Shown: positions 37,101 to 50,779 of the stretch, in pieces
Position numbering within the stretch: position 1 is the first letter of the stretch
How the letters are laid out: the number at the start of each line of letters is the position of its first letter
Assembly (NCBI GenBank): GCA_036172245.1
Contig: JAYWIR010000032.1
Span: 2,232,001 to 2,296,000 of the forward strand
DNA from: Raillietiella orientalis
Lineage: Eukaryota
DNA: 64,000 nt
Direction: 5' to 3'
Notes under the pieces: generated by a model
The model's database searches: none
Told to the model about the DNA's origin: nothing
Seen by the model: the letters and a program-made list of their open reading frames with translations, nothing else
Position numbers and translations under genes: made by a program

Positions 37101-39792
37101 ATCTTATGCATAAACTAATCTTACAGAATGCTTTATGAATTCCAGGTCACTATATACAACCTAAAATACACAAATTCCTATGATTACATGAAAGGCTTCA
37201 ACAGCAATCTTATTAAGTATATTGTTTTACTTCTTGTGGGGTACTGAAAAAATGATCAAAGCATAACTAAACAAGCAGGAACACTTCAACAAATACTATA
37301 AAAAGAAGCCTATGAGAAACTATGCCTTGATTTATATTACCATGTATTGCTCATAACACTTATTAATGCTTAAAATCAATGAATTTATCTCCAATACAGA
37401 TCAAAGTATTAGAAAATACAAAAACAATAGGGAAAAATAAGCCTTTCACTTTATCACTCAAATTTTTACATTATTCATGACACTCTTCCTCATCACTAAT
37501 AACTGTTGGCAAACATACTTTCCCACAATGCCTTCCAAATGCCAATGATACCAAGTACTTGCAAATCTCTTAAAGGATATATCCTAAAGTACTCAGCAAA
37601 AACAATTGCTTCAAAGGATTTTGTGCCCCAAACATCACCAGCTGTACCCATTTCTCTCACAAGGTTAAATTGTTTGATGAGATTACAGTACCATAAAAAG
37701 ATTGCAATAAAGAGGACTCTAGTGGCTTAAACAATGGACAGTTACAAAAGTGAAAATGCAATTATCAATGCTGATTGGATTGCCTAAGGTTTTTAATCAG
37801 AGATTTCAAAGTGAATCCTTGTCAAGTTTATGTAAGTATATGCTTAGCTTTACATGCTTGGTGCTTTTTTCTTTGCTACTTTTTTACACATAAAAAAAAC
37901 AGAAAAATAACCTTTTAACTGTTACAATGAGCATTAGAAGGGTGATCTGATCATTGCTTTCCACTAATTCTAATCAAATTACTATGCTGTAAATATTTTT
38001 ACTTGTATGAAGAAAAATACTAAAAAATATTCTCTTCAAAAATGGAACTTCACCTAACTAAAAGCAGGCAAGTGGAATAATAATACAATGCGAATCTTGT
38101 AATACTATCTAGGTCCCTGTAGCAAGGTTTGGATAAATACCTTATGATTCATTGTCTATCTGGATCAAATCCATGTAAAATTATTCTGAATTCCGAACCA
38201 AGGTATTTGATAAACCATGTTTTTAGTTCTTTCATCATTTCCTGGTGGATTTTCTATTTAAAATAAACATTTGAAAGATGTTCGAAATAGAAAGTAGTCG
38301 ACCAAACTTAGACTTCTGGTTCTGATACAATTACACAATTAATCCTTTGTTTGCATCACATAACCTAATCTTATTTGATTATATTAACTTCCTCAGAATT
38401 CAGAATAATACATATTATAAAAATATAGTAATTAAGTAATTGCTGTTTTCAGCAAAAATGCTTTCCTTTGTGATTTTCATTTCGCTAGCATCACCCACTA
38501 TGTATGATGTTTAACTGTTGACTTAATAATGGATATCCTTTAATCCTTGTGCACTGTAATTTGAAGCTATTTGATAATTACACTAATCCATGAAATTTGC
38601 ATGTCAAAACTAACTCTGTTTGATTTTATGTTTTGTTATTCCCTATTGGGCTTTTGCAAATTCTAAAGACCACTTTAATATGGCGAACAATTTCAATGTT
38701 TTCCATTTCTTCTAAAAAAGCAACTAAACACAAAGATCCTTAATTATGGAAATGGAAACCGTTACTACACCATATACATCTGCCTTACTGAAACTACAAT
38801 CCTTATATAACTGAAAATTAAATTCTTTTTCCATCACCAATTTGAATGTCTGCAACAAGAATCATGTTATCAAGCATGAGCTCTCAAAGTTTATTAAAAC
38901 CAAAAAAAAGTACAAGAAGCAGAAAACAATAATATATAAGAAATAAATCATGGGTGAAGAAAGCACTAAGAACTTGTAATCAATTAAACAATGTATTAGT
39001 AATCAATAATGATAAAACGATTATTCATTACATATATCGGTAATAATTATACACATCAGCAAAATTCAGTATGCAACTTTAATAACTTACACTTATGTGC
39101 AAAGTTTGATTTATTTATTAATTACAGCTGTACAAAACGGTTTACCTGTCGTTTCATATTCCTCATAAGCGTCATTTTCGTATCTAAAAGAAAACAAATA
39201 TAATGGATTTCACACAAATAATTTTCATAAGTACCTAAATTATAATTTGAAAGGCCCATACCAACAATTACAATTATATGACTTGATGCATGCTACGGAA
39301 CGTACAGCAAATCCGGTAATCACGGTGTTGCTTATGAATCAGTTTCTGCATCAAAGTATTTTATTTATGGGGAAAGTCTCAAGAAGCATATGCATGGTTC
39401 TTATATCGAACACCAAGATAGTATTGGCAACATACCGGAAACGCGACCATGAATCAAAATGGAATTTCAACCAGGTAAAGTTTCGACTTGATGACCTTTG
39501 CCCTCGAAATACATCCCCCGATACAAGGAAGTGGACCCATTTCCATCTACTCAATTAATCACCTTAACGCAGTCATCAAGTGCCCAGATGTGGGCTTAGC
39601 CATTTTCGGGGGGCAAATACTGTACTCAACAACGCACACAGCCTTCATTACTTGAGAACTCAACCACGAAGCTCAAAAAGTTCATACTTGGGTTCTCAAG
39701 AAAACGAATTCATCATTCACACAGGGGTGGAAAGTCTGACCAGCTGTTTTCCTCAGCATATCATCCTCCGTAATCTTGATCAGGCTGCCCAT
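31157..39792 (-). CDS. SGSM1: Small G protein signaling modulator 1/2-like (RUN + PH-like + TBC Rab-GAP), multi-exon
   Basis: Inferred start MGSLIK (39792), mini-exon [12 protein letters not shown] (39183-39146), [18 protein letters not shown] (from 35455), [33 protein letters not shown] (Arg finger), YMQGMCDL (Gln finger), [21 protein letters not shown]...LENK* (stop 31157-31159). Co-orthologue of SGSM1/SGSM2; the first exon is less certain. Confidence 0.92.
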
Positions 39793-40849
39793 GTTTACTG
39801 TCGATCGGCGTCGTTTTTCTGCTCAACTTTCCATCAAATCCTCACATCCTCCCTTCGTGTTTGGGCACCGAGCAGGGACTTTTTTTTCTCATGGACACAC
39901 GCTGGAGCAGAGCGATCCGTGCACAGCGCAACCTTCAAACACGAAAGAGCAACGTGCACGGCACGCGAATCCCAGCCCAGCTGACTGCTCCTCTTCCTGT
40001 GTACGGTGGAAAGTACGTGAAAAAGGAAAAACCCTCGGCAAAAAAGTGCGGTACTTTCTTTCTTTTTCTTTTTTTTTTTTTTTTTCTCGTGTGCGTGTCC
40101 GAAAGCCGCGTCTTGTTCCGGATCGCGTTGAACGAGGAGGGAACGGGAATCTGGACACGAAAAATACCGTGTTCACTTTTGCTTCGACCTGTACACACAC
40201 GTAACTGTGCCGAGTAGTCATCTGTGGACCAGCTTGTGGTTCCCATTTGCTGCCTAATATTGTAAACAAGCAAAGAAAGGCAATGATTGCTTTGTGGCAT
40301 GTCGAGTTTGACGTTGAGAGCGAACATTCTTTATGGGTGCCTTGAGAAGCCAGCAGATGCAGCTGTGTAGGGATTCCACACGACGGCTTCCCATCGTGCA
40401 AGTGTCTCAACTTGAAGATGAAGAAGAAGAAGAAAAAAATCGCTTATTCTCTTGGCTTAAACGTCATGGATCTAAACAATTTAAACAACATTGAAATCCC
40501 CACCAGTTTCAGTCTCAAATGATGCGTTTAAAAAGCCTTACGGAGTTTATGGATAGTTAACCAGGGGATCCGTTGGGTGCACATTTTTTTGAAGAGGAAG
40601 GTGTGGGGTAAGAAGCAAATGGTTCCTTCAAAATGCTTAGATTGGTTTTACTCTGAAAGTGCTATTTTTTGTGTGTTTCTAGTTTCTCTTTCTTCTAATA
40701 AATAAATACTTGTAACGGTCAAAACCATATTCCCTTTCGCTCTTCTTGAAAACTTACTTTCTTCTGAATGAACAGACTTGGTGTTGCTGCAGAAAAACGA
40801 TACGACCAGGAAAAAAAAAAAACGTGCAAAGCGAAATATAGGATGTTTA

Positions 40850-41710
40850 AACTTTCAAATGCGAGGAACATATCAGCGTCCATTTTCTCACTGGATATTG
40901 CTTGAAGGACGAAGTGTAGCCCGGGATTATCCTCATATTGACATCCACGTCTCTCGAAGGATTCTGTGGATAGAAAGCGCGAGTTTTCTGCAGGAATCTT
41001 TTCAATAGGTGGCCTTTTAGCAATAGTGCCCTCTTTCACCTAAAGGTAAACAGAAACCAAAACACATTGGAGTCAGAAAACAAATGCTGTAAAGGAGATT
41101 CCTAACTAGGTTCGAACATCGGCTTGTCTCATTTCTCTTCCTTGCGAACTACTCAACCCTCAAGTCTGTATTACAAGAGAGAAGAAAAGCAAAGCAAACT
41201 GAGAATCAAATGTCCCTTCATGCATGATGAACGCTGCAGATGAAACGCACGTTGTTGGAAAGGTGCCTCTTGGAGAAAGTGGAGCCTTGATGGGTCTTAA
41301 TGGGAAGTGCTTTAGTTATCTTGTGATCGAGTTTAGAGTCCAAGCAAATGCAATAAGAAATTCGAGAAATTGATGAGGCACTATATTCATAAATAAGGAT
41401 AGGACTAGTACTCGATAAACTTCCGTCACTTTAGTCATTCTGTAAATCTCAGAAGAGTTTTCCTTCGCTTAAAGGAACGCAACTGTTGGAAAACCTTTCC
41501 GCTTTTTCCGATTCATTTTCTGTTTGAAAATAGGGACGCTCAACACATGAAACACTTAGCACTTCAACCAACGAAGCATATCCCTCCCTCTGAGGTAATT
41601 TCCTAAGCTGCAATTCATGCGCAATAGGTGAAGCAGCACGAACAGCATCGGCGATTTCTCGTTGTGAGGACCGCGTCACGTGCTTTTTTGATAAAAAGTT
41701 TTGCATGATA
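40850..41710 (-). mobile_element. Possible decayed hAT (ZMYM/DUF4371-like) transposase fragment
   Basis: SSQREIADAV...IAHEL...YASLVEVLSVSCVE...ERFS resembles the hAT pattern SxxxQNEI...IxxEI...FSxxxDExxDxSxxEQ...ERF. Heavily degraded. Confidence 0.35.
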
Positions 41711-43007
41711 GTTTATCTCCATATGTACGCATCCTCCGAAATTTGTTTCAGGGTGCACTTCTCTGATACATGAATAATGATGGATCTCCACCCTAGAAGA
41801 AGCTTGCTCTCGGATGCATTATTTTCACCAGCATTTAAATGAATCCATTTCCATCTTTCTTTTTCCCGTTGCAATGCTCCAAATGGATTTTTTTTATTTT
41901 ATTATTTTTCAGAACGATCCGATCTATGCGGCTTCTTCACGCCCCTGCTTGAATTGAGTTTTCCTAGAGACCGACCTTGGAATTTGTGGTCTTCTTAAAA
42001 TCATTTCACTTACAACTGACCATGTGTTTTTCGGTTACTGTATTGATTTAGGAACTTCTGTTATCACATTAGTCTCAAGACAATTCATGAGTACTTTCTT
42101 TTCAGTTTGATAGTTCCTTCACAATTTATTGGGTTGCATTTTATGCCAACTTACATAGGAATATTTGTGAGATTTAATGATAATCCACATCATGTATTAT
42201 CACCGCAACTTTCACTGTTACTTCAGAGTCCTCAGATGGACAATTCAAGAATAATATTTTGTTCTTTTTAAAAATGCATTATTAAGATTTTTTTTCTTTG
42301 AATGCTTATTTAAGTCAATAGTGAGAGAAAGCCTGTATTACTGTAAGCCCCCAAATTATTTCGACGCTGGCCATCATGTTGATGGAAAGAGGATTCTGTG
42401 ACTTCGAATATTGAATTTTGAGCTATTCATATCTTCTCACTTTTCCCTTTCATGAGTGTCTGACTACTGACTGAAGTCACAATGTTCCTTACTGCTCTCC
42501 GATAATTTAAAGTTGATTTGTTTTGCTCTCGAACTTGCTTTTTGGGGGAATGAAAGTTTAACCAATTGTTCTTGAACATTAATTATCAACTGTACCTGCG
42601 TAAATACTTCCACTCCAGATAACTCAAATTTTGTACAAAATCAGTTCAGTCGTTTTGTTAGGATTTGTTTTTTGGTATTGATGCAAGCCATGAAGAGCTT
42701 TTATTTCTTCTGTTCTAGTTCTTAGAGGAACACACTGAGGAAAATATTTAAAACTTTCGAAAATATGGCTAGAATTTTATATGGAATCCAGCCGGAAGCA
42801 AACCAAAAACAAAGTCTTCACTTCAATCCCAAACCGTTGCCTTGTTTGAATGTGAAAAGATATTAGATCAAAAGCATTAGAAAGCGGTTTTTTCTTTTAA
42901 TCTTTCATTTGACCTGATTTTTTATGCTAACCCAATATAGAGCAAGGGATGATGAAAGTTTAACAGTTAGTTCTGTTAGAAGTATTGAACTATAAAAAAA
43001 GAACTTT

Positions 43008-44895
43008 CGTTACGTCGGCGACAACCTGGTGCTGTGCTTCACGGATGGGGAGAAGGCGTTCGACACCGTGGACCATGGGATGCTACTCAGGATATTGCGC
43101 AAACTGGGCCTCCCTGGATACTTAAACGAGTACATGGAGAATGTACTCGAAGGCCAGTACCTCAAGATTGGCATTAATGGAGCAGAGGCGAACGCATTCC
43201 GGATGGAGAGGAGAATAAGACAAGGAGACGCCCTCAGTCCTATGCTGCTCGTCATCTATGTGGAGGCGGTATCGTCGCTGGTGGAAAGAGGCGGCTGCCT
43301 CCAAGGAATCCGAATCGATGACGATAAGTTCGCCCTCCTACCCTAGGGGGACGATCAGCTTTTTTCCTGAAGGACGAGAGAGACCAGCGTGGGTTTGTGG
43401 GCGTGGTGGAGTCGATGAAGAGATGTCTGGGACTGGCCCGGGTCGACTAGGACAAAGGACCAATTTTTGGAACGATGTGCGCCTTCCCAAGGTGCTCTAC
43501 GGAGCGGCCTTCAGCCGAATGGACAAGAAGACCCGGATGAAAGTCGAGTAGCTACAAAGAAAGATACTATGGAGGAAATTCAAGCCTCGAGTAAGGCTCA
43601 AGACCTTATGCAGCCGAGAGAGGAAGGCAGGACTAGGATGAAACCTCCGCAAGAGTCTGGAATTTCTGGATGCATGACAAATCCTAGAACTCACCGAAGA
43701 CTGAGACAAATAACCCTTTGCAGCACACAGAGCCTACTCGGAGCTCCTGAACAACTCGGGTGGCCTGATGTGGAGGTTCATAGGCTCACTTAACTTGGCA
43801 GAAGTCGATCCCACCTGGAAGAGAAAGCAGGCACTGTTGAGGATCCAATCCCTGAAAATAATGCCTCGCAGTAAAGAACTCTGGAAGGGAGAATTGGCCT
43901 CGGTGGTGCCTTACTTCATTCCTGTTCCACGGGAGACAGAGCTGCGGATAGGTTTAGGATGAGAATGCAGGACTGAGAACATTTCTCAGCCAGTGGCAAC
44001 CGCCACCACATGTGAATGTTCCAATATTTCCAGATGTCAGGAAGATTCACCCAACGGATACTCGAGGTGCGAATACAGCAGAAGAATGCGTGGTCCCTGG
44101 TGACGAAGGCAAGTTTGAAAAGCCTTCTTTACACTGGAAGGTAACAAGTCGAAGCCCCAATATGCCAGCTGCTACGAGTGTCAAGACGTCACCCTGCGGG
44201 CGGTTGGAGAGACTGTGGCGCAGCTATTTGCCAGCAGACTTTAAGAATGATCTACTGATGTTCTACCACGGAAGCATCATGAGCTGGACAAGTACAAAGC
44301 ATTGAACGAAAATGCAGCAGACGAGATTTGAGCGGTCTGCGGATACCGGAAAACCCGACTCCATGTGTCCACCGGTCCGACGCTCTACGGCGACTGGAAG
44401 GCACTGAAGGCGGTGACAGGCCTTCAACAGAAGACCAAGAGGGATATCCTGACTGGGTTCTTCGAAGATGGAAACATCCTCAAATACAAGCCCATGATCA
44501 GGACCTGTATTGCTCCCTTCATCACGAGCATCGTGGTAGGAAGAACCGAATGGAGGAAAACGAGATGCGCAGTCCCAGAGATGGACATTCTGTCGGGGCT
44601 CATCAAAAAGAAAACCGGCATCCGTAGCTGCGCAGGAATCCCCGTCTGGACGTACAGGTATATTGTGAACAAAATAAGCGCAACTGCTCAGGTACAGGGG
44701 GGTCCCACCATCCAGGAGCGGCACTTTCCCTAACCCAAGTGCAAAGACAGAGACGAGAGACCCTCAGTGAGAAGGCGAAATGCCTCAAGTGCTGCCCTAG
44801 GCAAAACTTGAAGTGAATGTGTTTTTGTTTGTAAGGGTCGCTATGTAAAACTTTGGTCATGAAACTCACCCCAACGCTTGTGGGACCTGGGGAAA
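43008..44895 (+). mobile_element. 5'-truncated, internally deleted L1/Tx1-like element (family 2) with a degenerate TSD
   Basis: DGEKAFDTVDH, IRQGDALSPMLL, LLP*GDD (YADD relic), FWNDVRLPKVLY and LWRSYLPADFKNDLLMFYH. The 3' motif is at 44863-44895. Flanks aactataaaaaaagaactttcgtta (42988-43012) and aactatagaaaatgaactatgtta (44894-44917) match at about 21/25. Confidence 0.88.
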
Positions 44896-46682
44896 CTATA
44901 GAAAATGAACTATGTTAAATTCACTACACTGATGATGCATATTAGAAGAAGCGCATACATAAAATCTAATTTCCATGATTTCAATAGGGTTTTTTTCTCT
45001 AAAGGAGAGCTTTGCATTATAGTGAACGAGAATAATTTTAGTGAGCTCCTACCTGCAAATATTTCTTAACACCTATATTTGCAATTTGCTCTTCTCAAGA
45101 AATATTTATATTTAAGGTAACAAAGCATAACGAAGTGTTTCCGTGTGTATCGAGTTACTGATTACATGAAGTAAATGCAAAAAAAAAAAAAAATGGAGCT
45201 TGATTGACTAAAGTTGTGAGTTCAGCAGCTTTTAGTAGAAAACATACTCGATAAGGATTGGAAGAGTGGTGTTCTTTTCTGAGGAATGTCCCTCTTGACA
45301 GCTGCCTTCAAGAACAGAAGAGTGATTTTGAAGGTTCCGAGGATGTTGAGGGATGCTCGTGTTTCTTTGAATAACCGTTTCTGCAAAGTTTGCATTATAA
45401 ATTTTTTCTTCTTTTGGCAAATTTCGAAATTCAGTATTCCCTGCCATTCGTTAAGGAGCAGTAAGCATGTAATCTTTATTATGCGTGATTTCGAAACTTC
45501 ATTTTATAAGAAATTCCTTTAGATGCATTTCTTTTTTCTCCAGTTTCAGCAATTTATGCATGGGACTGCGATAAACGCTTCGAGATACCATTTAAGCAAA
45601 AAACATCAAACCGTACAAAATTAGTTCAAACGTACTTTCCTCGCACTTCGCAACTTTCGAATAAAATTCCCACTTGTGGAAACCATCAAACCAGCAGATA
45701 CAGGAGGAAGTTTCTAGTATAGTGAAATCGAAAATTTGCTATCATGTAATAGAATGCGTTTATTTCGGATGTCATTTCCTTATTAGAAATCCCGTTATTT
45801 TATTCCATTTCAATAAACCTGGCCCAATGTTTTGTAATTGTTGTCTTACTGTACAGGAAGATCACGTTAACGTAAGATTACAAAAAGATCTATATAATGG
45901 AAACCTCTTGTCTGTTTGCCTTTGTACATACACCAAACTGTAGTATGTGGAAATGCAACTGAAATGCAATCGCCTGAACTCTGGTAGTGTTACAGAGACG
46001 GCGTATACAGTTTTCTGGATACAGACTGGAGGGAAGGATGCAAAGGATCTGAACTGTAATGTGTCGGCAAAAGTTGCAAAGTATTGGGACCAACCCCTTG
46101 AAAAAAGGTGATAAATAATTGTGTTTAAGTTTACTGATAGACCCGCTTTGCACGTGAAAGTTTGAATAAACCGAATTCTTGTTGCATCCTTTGGGGTTCT
46201 TAAGTTGACTTCCAAGTTGACACGCAGGCCCACCTGTTATGTGAAACCAGGGATCCAATTCACTTCTGCAAACTAGCGTTATTAGTGCATCCGTGGAACC
46301 CTAACAGTATCTTTCATAGCTTATGAAGCATTGATCCATCTGAATCGTTGAGAAATCTACTCTTGGATAGATAATTGAACCCCATTAAAGTTGGTCGATC
46401 CGGCAAGGTAAGATAAATAAACAATCCATGCGATGCAAGTTTCAATTTTCCAATTGAAGGCTTTGGATTCTACGCATTGGATTATAATTCGTACACAAGT
46501 CATAAATGAGAAAGGATCATTTCTTGGATTAGCTATGAATCAGCAAATCTATGAAGTGCCCACCAGCACAGTGTTCTCCAAATTATCCACAGATGTAAGT
46601 AGGTTGTGTAGTTTATCAGTATTAACCAGAAGACAGAGAAAAACACTACAAGAAGTGTAATGAGACCACAATAGAACTAACA

Positions 46683-49595
46683 ATGGAAAAGGAATGCACA
46701 TATCGTGAAGAGATCAGCCATCTAAAATATCATGAAGCAGCCATTTATTTAGAGGTACTTTACTTGTTACAGATTCAGATAGTGTAATGGAGATGTGTTA
46801 ACATAACTTTCTACAGAGGTTATGATTCATCAACAATTATTAGCTGTTCTTTTAAAGCACCTTTTTTTAAATTTTCGGTAATTTGTTTTTTGAACCAAGA
46901 GAGAACCAACACTTCAGTTTAAAAAGATGATGTGTACATTAACAAGGAAAAACTGGAAAATAGAAAACATTGATATTAACTGTTATATGAATGTTTGACT
47001 CTTGTAACTTATTTCTTATGAGATTACAGTGTATGAAAATTTTCCAACCAGTTTTAACATTGTATTGCTTTGAAGGAGGGAATCAATAATGATAAGTTCA
47101 TCGTACATCCAACAGGAACACGTTCATTTGCTGCATATGCTCTTGTGCATAATCACTGGTTTTACATTATAAATCTAGTAACTTCTCTGATGTTGTTAGG
47201 ACTAGCTTTATTTGAACAACCAGCAATTCCATTAATTCAGGTAAACACTGAAAATCAAGTATTCCATGTTGGTGTGCAAATGATTTCTCTTTACATTATT
47301 TGCCCATAGCTTCCAGTTGCTGCCCACAGTGTGTTAGAACTGTTGCTTTTAAGTTTCAAGGCAATGGAAATAAGTTTATCAATAAGATGGGTAGGTTGGA
47401 GGCATTATAGAGCTCATATTCGATCAATGACCAAGGTAAACTTGAGTTATCACAGTGGATCAAAGTAACATTTTAGAGCAGACTTTTTTTATCATCATCA
47501 TGTTTGCTGAAGCTGTAATTGTACTTGTTCGTCAGTCTTCTCATTTCCGTGCCACCAGAGCTTTGAGACCTTTGTTTTTAATTGATAGCAAATACCTAGG
47601 TGGAGTAAGAAGATTTATAAGACAAATTTTACAATCTTTATCTCCGGTGATTGACATGCTGCTGCTAGTTTTTTTTTTTATGTTAATATTTAGCCTAATA
47701 GGCTACTTGCTGCTCAGTGAAGATGGAAATAACATATATTTTGGAACTTTTTCCAAGAGCTTTGTTAGCTTATTTGTTCTTGCTACAACTGCAAAGTAAG
47801 TATTTCTTTGTTGTTTTCTCAGACAAGTGTTTTAGCATGGAATGTTCCAACATTCAGACTGTACTGATTGATCTTTAAAGCTCAGATGTTTCTGTTTTTA
47901 GTTTTCCTGATGTAATGCTACCATCATTTGCAAAGTCTTGGTTGGTTGCCATTTTCTTCATTGCATATTTGACATCTGTGCTCTACTTTCTCATGAATTT
48001 GGTAATGATACTGCTAACATGATTATAACATTGTCTTATTCAGTTATTGGCCATTGTCTATGAATGTTTTTCTTGCATGGAGCGGCACAAATTCAAGAAG
48101 CTTTTCTTCCATAGCAGGAAAGCTTGTGAAAGTGCATTTTCATTGTTGCAAGATGGAGATGGCAAGCTGTCTTTCAGACATTTTGAAAAATTGCTTCAGT
48201 TTTATAGACCACAGTGTTGTGAGTACGCCCAATTTGTGTCCATTGATGGAACCATTTTAGCACACCAGCAGTGTTACTTAATTTTTTGTGCTTTGAATCA
48301 CTCAGAATCTGGCTATCTTAGCCTAGAGGAATTTTACAAAATATATGAATTGGTGGATGTAGAATGGCATAGAGATACTAAATGTCAAAAATCTCAAAAC
48401 AGCATATACACTTTGCTGGCAAGGATTGCAAATTCTCCATATTTCAATATATCCAGATGTGAGTGTAAAGTTTATAAATAACAGATATTTAACTTATGCA
48501 TTGCAGATGCTATTGTTATAGCTCATGGATTATTGCTTCTTGTTATTGTGCAGAACGATATTGTTGGAATAAAACCAGTTTTTTGGAAAGTGACATTGCC
48601 ATTTTTCACAGGTAAACAAAGCAGCCAGCAGCATAAATAAAACTAGCAATCGTGTGTTGTAGTCTACATGTTCGAAATTGTAATTAGATTTGGAGGACAG
48701 AGCTTTAACCATAGGTTTTATTCTTTATGGAACTTATTGGACTGTTGCATTGTTGCTCTGCTAGCAGCTTCTCTATTGTTTGAGTACCTTGGATGGTCTG
48801 CCTATTGGACACATGCTTTATGCTTATTACGTTTGCTGCCAGCTTTGCAAGTTAAGCGCTGTTACCAGGATGTTGCTGGTACATTCAGCATGCTTTTACC
48901 ACGCATGGCCTCTGCTACTGTTGTCCTCTTAATTATTTATTATAGTTTTGCAATTGTTGGCATGGAGTTGTTTGCATCTTATAATATGTTGAACTGTTGC
49001 AGGTTGGTAACCAGTTAATCATTCACATGCTTTGAGCAAAGTTGAGTTGCAGAAATACCAGTGTAGAAAACTTTTACAAAGATGATAATCAGACAGGACA
49101 TCATGGCTACTACTACTTGTGCAACTTTCAGCACTTTCCCTCTAGCCTTATGACATTATTCCAGTTGACAGTTGTCAATAATTGGCATATTGTAATGGAA
49201 GGATACGCACATGTATCCTCAGAATGGAGTCGTGCTTATTTCATGGTGTTTTACATTGTTACTTTAATTGTGCTTACTATTATAGTTGCTTCCATCGTAG
49301 AAGCATTTACTTTTTGGGTCAACTTCTGGAAGAAAGTGGACAATGCAGAGTGTAAGCATGGTCTCAAGATAAGTGTTGAAATAGCACCTTTGTTTCAGTG
49401 GAACCCATGTCTTTTGTTGTTACTTTAAATGAAGATGAATTCTCAGCATGTCAGAACCTTCATCCAAATGGTTTTGCTCCAAGGACTTTGGAAAGTGGAC
49501 CTATCACATTTGTGGGCACATGGCGGCACAGTCGGCATATTTTGCAGCATCTCATGTATAAGCAAGATATAAACCAGTGGTTGTCAAGTAATTAA
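46683..49595 (+). CDS. TPCN1: Two-pore channel, TPC1 type, multi-exon
   Basis: YHEAAIYLE|EGINNDKFIVHP, HFRATRALRPLFLID, GGVRRFIRQILQSL, filter I LATTANFPDVMLP, EF-hand-like linker, YSFAIVGMELF, filter II LTVVNNWHIVMEGY, LMYKQDINQW. The start codon is uncertain (46683 is the first in-frame ATG of the exon). Confidence 0.93.
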
Positions 49596-49644
49596 TGGCT
49601 CTATCTTCTGGGATTTTACAGGGTAACTGCTGCAAAGTCCTTTC

Positions 49645-49650
49645 TTTATT
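49645..49650 (-). terminator. MVK polyadenylation signal overlapping the stop codon
   Basis: The minus strand reads GAA TAA A, so AATAAA includes the TAA stop. Confidence 0.55.
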
Positions 49651-50779
49651 CATTACTAACAGGAGTAATTTCTACAACAACTCCAGGACCTCCCAATGAG
49701 ATATCCATGTATGAATATCCCTCACTAGCCAGTTTATCTTTAAATTGCTCAAGCTGACTGCTATGACAGGCGAGGGGCATCAGTATGTAGCAACAGCCTC
49801 CACCTCCTCCTCCTGTCAACTTGGCACTGATTCCATTCTCTTGTGCCAATTTGCAAATATGGTCTAGTGCAGGATCAGAGACTCCCAAGCTGCATAGCAG
49901 CCCTTGATTAATGTCTACCAACATCTGCTGGTATTTTTTAATTAAACTCTTATCCGAAAAGTATGCATTTACCTGCAATCGGCTTATAGACTTTGTTGCT
50001 AGTTCACTCTGAATCATCAAGATCTCCTGCATAGCAAGCCGAGAAACTTCTCCTATTGCCTCCATAAGCATGTTGATGAGCACTGGGAAATCATTCATGC
50101 GCTGATGCACTAATCTGACCATTTTCTTTGTGTTTTTTGGTTTTCCTGAATCTATCAAGAGCAAAGGCAAGTGCAGATCTCTTATATGGTTAACAATGTG
50201 CCCATCCTGGAAACTGATTATTCCTCCATTTATCACAGTAGTATTGTCAAGGCCTGAAGGCTTTCCATGAAACACTTTCTCACATTCCAAAGCAAGTTGG
50301 TCAACCTCATGCAAGAAGTTGTCATTCTGAACACCACCATTTCGACACAGTATGAGGCCTGCACTAAGAGCAACTGCATAGGCAGCTGAACTGCCTAGCC
50401 CAGATGCTTTGATAGTAGAAGAAACTATAATATGAATGGATGGAACTTGCACAAAAAGAGCTCTCAATAGTTGTAGAAGCACAGTAAGACTAGCTTGTAT
50501 GTGAGGATTTGAAGATTGCAACTTGACCAACTCATTAAGTGTATCTGCTGTTTTTCTAAAACTGGTATTCAAATTGCAAACAGAAAAAGTGAAGCAGCTT
50601 TCATACATGCTTAGATCAATCATAACTGTTCCTAACATGGTGGGCTTAATTAGTACTTCCGTTCGTAGATTCATGCAAGCAGCAATTGCCAAGTGTTTAT
50701 ATACCACAGCATGTTCACCAAACAAAATCACTTTTCCAGGTGCACTAGTTTTTATTGTACACCACTTCTGATGATTCAT
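49646..50779 (-). CDS. MVK: Mevalonate kinase (GHMP family); one probable in-frame intron at 49928-49972
   Basis: SAPGKVILFGEHAVVY, GLGSSAAY, HGKPSGLDN, NQGLLCSLGVS, AKLTGGGGGGC. A 45-nt gtaaat...taccag segment interrupts SRLQ|QMLVDIN. Confidence 0.95.
   Translation of the reverse strand: MNHQKWCTIKTSAPGKVILFGEHAVVYKHLAIAACMNLRTEVLIKPTMLGTVMIDLSMYESCFTFSVCNLNTSFRKTADTLNELVKLQSSNPHIQASLTVLLQLLRALFVQVPSIHIIVSSTIKASGLGSSAAYAVALSAGLILCRNGGVQNDNFLHEVDQLALECEKVFHGKPSGLDNTTVINGGIISFQDGHIVNHIRDLHLPLLLIDSGKPKNTKKMVRLVHQRMNDFPVLINMLMEAIGEVSRLAMQEILMIQSELATKSISRLQVNAYFSDKSLIKKYQQMLVDINQGLLCSLGVSDPALDHICKLAQENGISAKLTGGGGGGCCYILMPLACHSSQLEQFKDKLASEGYSYMDISLGGPGVVVEITPVSNE

Noticed and set aside
9518..48260. 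Several stop-free 3n micro-introns (NXF1 51 nt, protease 54 nt, DENR 105 nt, SGSM 48 and 63 nt, TPC1 42 nt)
   Set aside because: The count is roughly what chance gives for about 45 very short introns; no evidence of enrichment without a genome-wide test.
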